The notes under the pieces are model-generated. The model was not told the origin of the DNA. It ran no database searches and saw only the letters and a list, made by a program, of their open reading frames with translations. A stretch of DNA of 64,000 nt from an uncultured virus (IMG/VR IMGVR_UViG_3300009068_003844). Lineage: Duplodnaviria > Heunggongvirae > Uroviricota > Caudoviricetes. The stretch lies in the IMG/VR virus record IMGVR_UViG_3300009068_003844; one strand, written 5' to 3'. A program made the translations under genes and the position numbers. Shown here piece after piece: positions 59,799-64,000 of this stretch (position 1 is the stretch's first letter; every line of letters begins with the position of its first letter).

Positions 59799-60113
59799 AT
59801 GGCTAAAAATAAGGGCATAGATTGTTTTAGAGAAATTTCACTCAAAGAAATTCTGGAGCATTTTAATAACGATCATATTTTTATAGAAATTGATCATAAT
59901 GAAGATCGACTTTATAGCCCTTGCCATGACATAGAATATCATGATAGTGAATTAGGTCTTTTTTGGGGCGAAATGTGCGAACTAACAATGAGCCCAGATG
60001 ATAAAGTCAAGATACTAGACCACGATACTGTTAAGATAATCAAGAGCAAAAACGAGTATAATTTGGGTAAGATTTTAAGATTTTTTGTTTGTAAACCTCA
60101 CAGGTTTATTTAA
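59799..60113 (+). CDS. Hypothetical protein, paralog of 33519-33833
   Basis: See shared motifs listed for 33519. Confidence 0.65.
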   Translation: MAKNKGIDCFREISLKEILEHFNNDHIFIEIDHNEDRLYSPCHDIEYHDSELGLFWGEMCELTMSPDDKVKILDHDTVKIIKSKNEYNLGKILRFFVCKPHRFI

Positions 60114-61321
60114 AGAAAGGATAAATACAGTGAAGCTTAAAGCTGAAAAAGTAAAGGAAAACATGGATAAAAATGAGGCGGTTAGTATCAGTGACGACCA
60201 AGTTCTTAATTTGCTTTTCAAGCAGGTTGAAAAGCCAAAGAATTATTTCAAGATCAAGGTTGTAAATGTTTTCGGATATAACTATAGAATCAATATTTGG
60301 TCTAATATCGAAGAAGATGGATTGACCAAGTGTAAGATCTCCCACAGTTATTTTGTTCGTGTTGTGGATGATATTCTTACCATCTATCATTGATGATGAA
60401 TGAGAAATTTCACATATAACATAGAATTCAATCCAAAATTTGCATACTTGTATGCTCTCAATGTTTTGAAAGGATCATACTCCGGGGAAGATGAAGGGCT
60501 AGTCTTTTCATCAGTTTCCCCAAAGTATGCCTGTCTGTATGCTGTGAAGATCAAAAAAGACCGACTTTGCGATAGACTGCATAGTGAAATACTTTTGAGG
60601 ATGATTGAGAACACCTACAATAGTATGAACAAAAGATTTGTTAAAGCTTATATTGATTTTGTAACAAAAAATGAGTCAAAAGAACTTGAGTCTATCCTTT
60701 GCTATTCACCAGGTTATTCAAGTTCTTGGTCGGAAGAAAATATAGAAGAAATTAAATACTTCGTAACAGATGATTACTGTTGCGATATTGAAATTGATCA
60801 TAACAATGAGCCAGAGTGGAACGAATGTACGGCTGCAAATGGTACTGGTGCGAGGGTATCGGTCAGCGAAAGTCTTTCTGACATATTGTTTGGTGAATAT
60901 TACGATGAAATCGAGGAAAATTGCCATCAATATGACTACGAAGATGTCTATGATATCCCAACAGACGATGAAGCATGAGTATTCGTGAAGTTATTATCGA
61001 AACTGATAATGGTGAATTGTTCGGAGAAAATATTCTCGCAAGTTTTGTTTGCGATGTTGATTGCGAGTATATTCCTTACGAACCAGAAACAGAATATTCT
61101 CCAAAAGAAGGTGGATATACAGATATTTATGGATATACTTTTAAAATGACACTCTATAGTGCCGATGGAAAAAATGATCTCCTCGGTAGTTTTATAAAGT
61201 ATGAAAATCTTAGTGAAGAAAAGAAAAAAGAAATCAATAACTGGGTTGGTTGGTGGATTGAAGAATATTTCAAAAAAGAAGAAGATAGTTGGGATAGTTG
61301 GGATGAGTAATTTTTGGTAAA

Positions 61322-61340
61322 GTTTCCCTCCGGTACGGTT
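61322..61340 (+). promoter_or_regulatory. Phage motif copy GTTTCCCTCCGGTACGGTT
   Basis: Intergenic, upstream of the MoxR gene. Confidence 0.7.
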
Positions 61341-61404
61341 GACCAGTGCAGGTCGCCAAGGGTTATTGGCGATAATCTAATTTCCACTTTACAAGGGTTG
61401 AATA

Positions 61405-62463
61405 ATGAGCGACGGATTGAATCTTCATAAGAATCTTATCAACGGCCGAATCACTGATGTTGTTCGTCGTAATCGCAACATCAATCTTCCTATGATGATC
61501 TTTGGCCCTCCCGGCATTGGTAAGAGCGAACAGGTTCATCAGAGTCGTGATGGCGATGATGATATGATGATTGATCTTCGCCTTAATATCCTCGACAGTA
61601 TTGATCTTCGTGGACTCCCTATCATTCAGAAGAATGAAAAGGGGACTGCAACCCATGTTGAATGGGTTAGGCCAGAGTTCATCCCGTGGCAGGGTCGAGG
61701 AATTATCTTCCTTGATGAAATTAATACTGCTCCCCCATCAACTCAAAATGCGGCATTGCAGTTGGTTCTTGACCGCAAGGTTGGGCCTCACCATCTTGGC
61801 AAGGATTGGTATATTGTTGCTGCTGGTAATCGGGCAGAAGATAAGTGCCATGTTCATCCTCTTAGTGGAGCCCTTCTTGACCGATTTGCGGTCTATGATT
61901 ACACTCCAGATTATGATACTTGGGTTGATTGGGCAATCAAGAGCAATGTTCATGAGGATGTTATCGGCTTCATTAGTTGGAGGAAGGATTTGCTTCTCCA
62001 AGATCGAAGCGATGAATATAGCGTGAGTACGAATCCTCGTAGTTGGGGGTATGTCAGCAAGCATTTGTTTGCCGGTAGCAAGAATCTTGCCGATATTCGT
62101 GCCTGTGTCGGAAGTCCTGCTACTGAACTTCTGAGTTATCTTGATATTTGCAAGAATCTTCCCAACATGGAAGATCTTATTGCCGGAAAGAGTAAGTGGA
62201 AGGAAGATAACAAGAGGATCAGCGTCAGTTATGCTGTTGCTAATAATCTTGCAAGCACCTTGCTTTCTAGCAAGACTCCTGCTAAGATTCTTGATAACTG
62301 CATGAAGGTCGTAATTGATATTAGTCCTGAGCCGGGTGCGTTGTTTATTCGTCGTGTTCTGACCAATGATAAGATTCGTGATCTTTGCTACAAGAGCGAT
62401 ATGGTGAGTAAGTGGCTTGAAAAGAATCAGGAACTTATTTCCAGTAGCATGATGCTCGCATAA
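61405..62463 (+). CDS. MoxR-family AAA+ ATPase
   Basis: Walker A GPPGIGKS, DLRGLP, Walker B IIFLDEIN, VAAGNR, ALLDRF, NPRSW. Confidence 0.9.
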   Translation: MSDGLNLHKNLINGRITDVVRRNRNINLPMMIFGPPGIGKSEQVHQSRDGDDDMMIDLRLNILDSIDLRGLPIIQKNEKGTATHVEWVRPEFIPWQGRGIIFLDEINTAPPSTQNAALQLVLDRKVGPHHLGKDWYIVAAGNRAEDKCHVHPLSGALLDRFAVYDYTPDYDTWVDWAIKSNVHEDVIGFISWRKDLLLQDRSDEYSVSTNPRSWGYVSKHLFAGSKNLADIRACVGSPATELLSYLDICKNLPNMEDLIAGKSKWKEDNKRISVSYAVANNLASTLLSSKTPAKILDNCMKVVIDISPEPGALFIRRVLTNDKIRDLCYKSDMVSKWLEKNQELISSSMMLA

Positions 62464-62539
62464 AGGAGCAACATACTACAATGATGTCATTACTCGGAAT
62501 ACTGAGCGGAATAATCGAAATAATCAGGAAGAAATAACA

Positions 62540-63877
62540 ATGTCACAAGCACTTGCAAAAAAGAGTAAGGCTAAGAAGGAAGTAGTCGATCTATTCTCCA
62601 CAGTCACCAAAGAAGAACAGGATAGTTTCCGAAAGAAACTTGATGTTATTATCTTTGGATTCGCTCATCATTTTCCATTCTTTGGAAGTGTTAGTGAAAG
62701 GTGTCGATATAGTTTGACCAAGGATGATAATTTTATCCCTACCGCTGGTATTGATAAGAACGGCCATATCATCTTTAATCTCAATTTCGTCAATTCTCTT
62801 GACAATAAGCAATTCTTGTTTCTTGTTGCACATGAGATTGGTCACTTTATTTTTGAACATAGTTCAAGAATTATGAATCGAAATCATGTTCTGTGGAATA
62901 AGGCCGCAGACTATGCGATTAATCTTTTCTTGTATTATCAGTTTGGAAGCAAAGAGTATTTTCCAATCATTGATAAGATTTGCTTTGATAAGAATTGGGA
63001 TGTTAATTCATCTGAGAACAAGTATGACAAGATGAATGTTGAGCAAATCTACAATATCATTGAAAAGGAAGCCGATAAACTTCCAAAAATCAAGATTGAT
63101 ATTTTTATTGAATCGTTCGATGAAAATGAAGGCGAAGATAATCAAGATGGTGATGGTGATGGCAAGAAGTATGTAGATATTCGTGAGCGACGAGTTCCTC
63201 TTCCTAAGAAGAACGGTAAGAATAAGGAACAAATTAGTCGTGAAATGAAAGACTATGTACGTCGAGCAGTTTCGGACGCCTTCAACATCAGTAAGAGTCA
63301 GGGTTTGCTTCCTGCTGGTATGGAGCGTATGATTGTCAGTCATCTTCGTCCCAAGATTGATTGGCTTAGTAAGTTGCGTGAGAAACTCAGGTTTGGAACT
63401 GACCGTCTTGCCAAGGCCGATACTAATTGGAGTATGCCTAACAAGCGATTCCTTGATCGTGATTTCGTGTTCCCGAGTTATCACGGGCCTAATCAGCCTA
63501 AGATTGCATACGCCATTGATACAAGTGGCAGCATGAGTGAAGAAGATCTCAAAAATGCTATTTCGGAACTTGATGGTATCCGAAAGCAATTGAATGCTAA
63601 TATTTACTTTATGGACTGCGATGCAGATGTTTACACTGGTCGTTGGATTAATAGCAATCAACCCCTGCCTTGTTTGCAGGGTGGTGGCGGGACTGATTTC
63701 GTTCCGGTGTTCAAGCATCTTGTTGACAAAAAGATTCGCCCTGATTATTGTGTATTTTTCACAGATGGTTATGGGGAATTTGGAGAAGATCCTAAAAAGT
63801 TCAATACATTGTGGGTATTGACCAGTGATGTTAAGCCTCCTTTTGGTGATGTTATTCGATACAATGACTTACAGTAA
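62540..63877 (+). CDS. Metallopeptidase-like (HExxH) + VWA domain protein (DUF2201-like)
   Basis: VAHEIGH, WNKAADYAIN, AIDTSGSMS (MIDAS), GGGGTDF, FFTDGYG. Confidence 0.88.
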   Translation: MSQALAKKSKAKKEVVDLFSTVTKEEQDSFRKKLDVIIFGFAHHFPFFGSVSERCRYSLTKDDNFIPTAGIDKNGHIIFNLNFVNSLDNKQFLFLVAHEIGHFIFEHSSRIMNRNHVLWNKAADYAINLFLYYQFGSKEYFPIIDKICFDKNWDVNSSENKYDKMNVEQIYNIIEKEADKLPKIKIDIFIESFDENEGEDNQDGDGDGKKYVDIRERRVPLPKKNGKNKEQISREMKDYVRRAVSDAFNISKSQGLLPAGMERMIVSHLRPKIDWLSKLREKLRFGTDRLAKADTNWSMPNKRFLDRDFVFPSYHGPNQPKIAYAIDTSGSMSEEDLKNAISELDGIRKQLNANIYFMDCDADVYTGRWINSNQPLPCLQGGGGTDFVPVFKHLVDKKIRPDYCVFFTDGYGEFGEDPKKFNTLWVLTSDVKPPFGDVIRYNDLQ

Positions 63878-64000
63878 GGAAACAAAATGACTGATCCTCA
63901 TAATCCAGATGTTCAACCAGATATTCCATCTGTGATCGAATTAAGCAAAGAAGCTAAAGTTCAATTGCTATTGGAACAATCTAAGATTGTTGAATGGGAA

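Noticed and set aside
61571..63821. Overlapping alternative-frame and antisense ORFs in moxR/VWA (and similar ones elsewhere)
   Set aside because: They lie within well-supported genes and show no motifs or RBS.
1..64000. Stop-codon reassignment
   Set aside because: Recognisable genes are intact in the standard code, end in TAA, TAG or TGA, and are densely packed. No suppressor tRNA was found.

Overview
This window is from an AT-rich, gene-dense large (jumbo-type) bacteriophage genome read in the standard bacterial code. It covers an accessory/early region, mostly on the + strand, with no structural or core replication genes that I can recognise. The host is probably a Planctomycete, inferred from a pilin-type N-terminus, a RimI-like RWMIRRD motif, CsrA and a CotH-LTD protein. 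(1) The main result is a TIGR-Tas-like RNA-guided system: a nuclease-less Nop/IS110-like protein (TasA-like, 32375-33298) and, about 1.9 kb downstream, a 19-unit array of ~36-nt period with two repeats and two spacers per unit (35240-35914). (2) Three tRNAs (Arg-UCU, Leu-UAA, Ile2/Met-CAU) carry compact group I introns, and each locus is followed by a convergent free-standing HNH endonuclease. (3) A tRNA-Asn has a 69-nt tRNA-like insert in its anticodon, and several stand-alone aberrant tRNA-like RNAs occur elsewhere. (4) A tilS gene abuts the CAU tRNA. (5) About 18 co-oriented copies of a GTTTCYYTYYGGTACGGTT motif, probably a phage promoter, head transcription units. Other recognisable genes are rIIA/rIIB-like, a WGR-DNA ligase, GroES, split RfaE/HldE, ACP, a J-domain protein and a MoxR-VWA pair. 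All family calls come from reading motifs by eye; no database searches were run.
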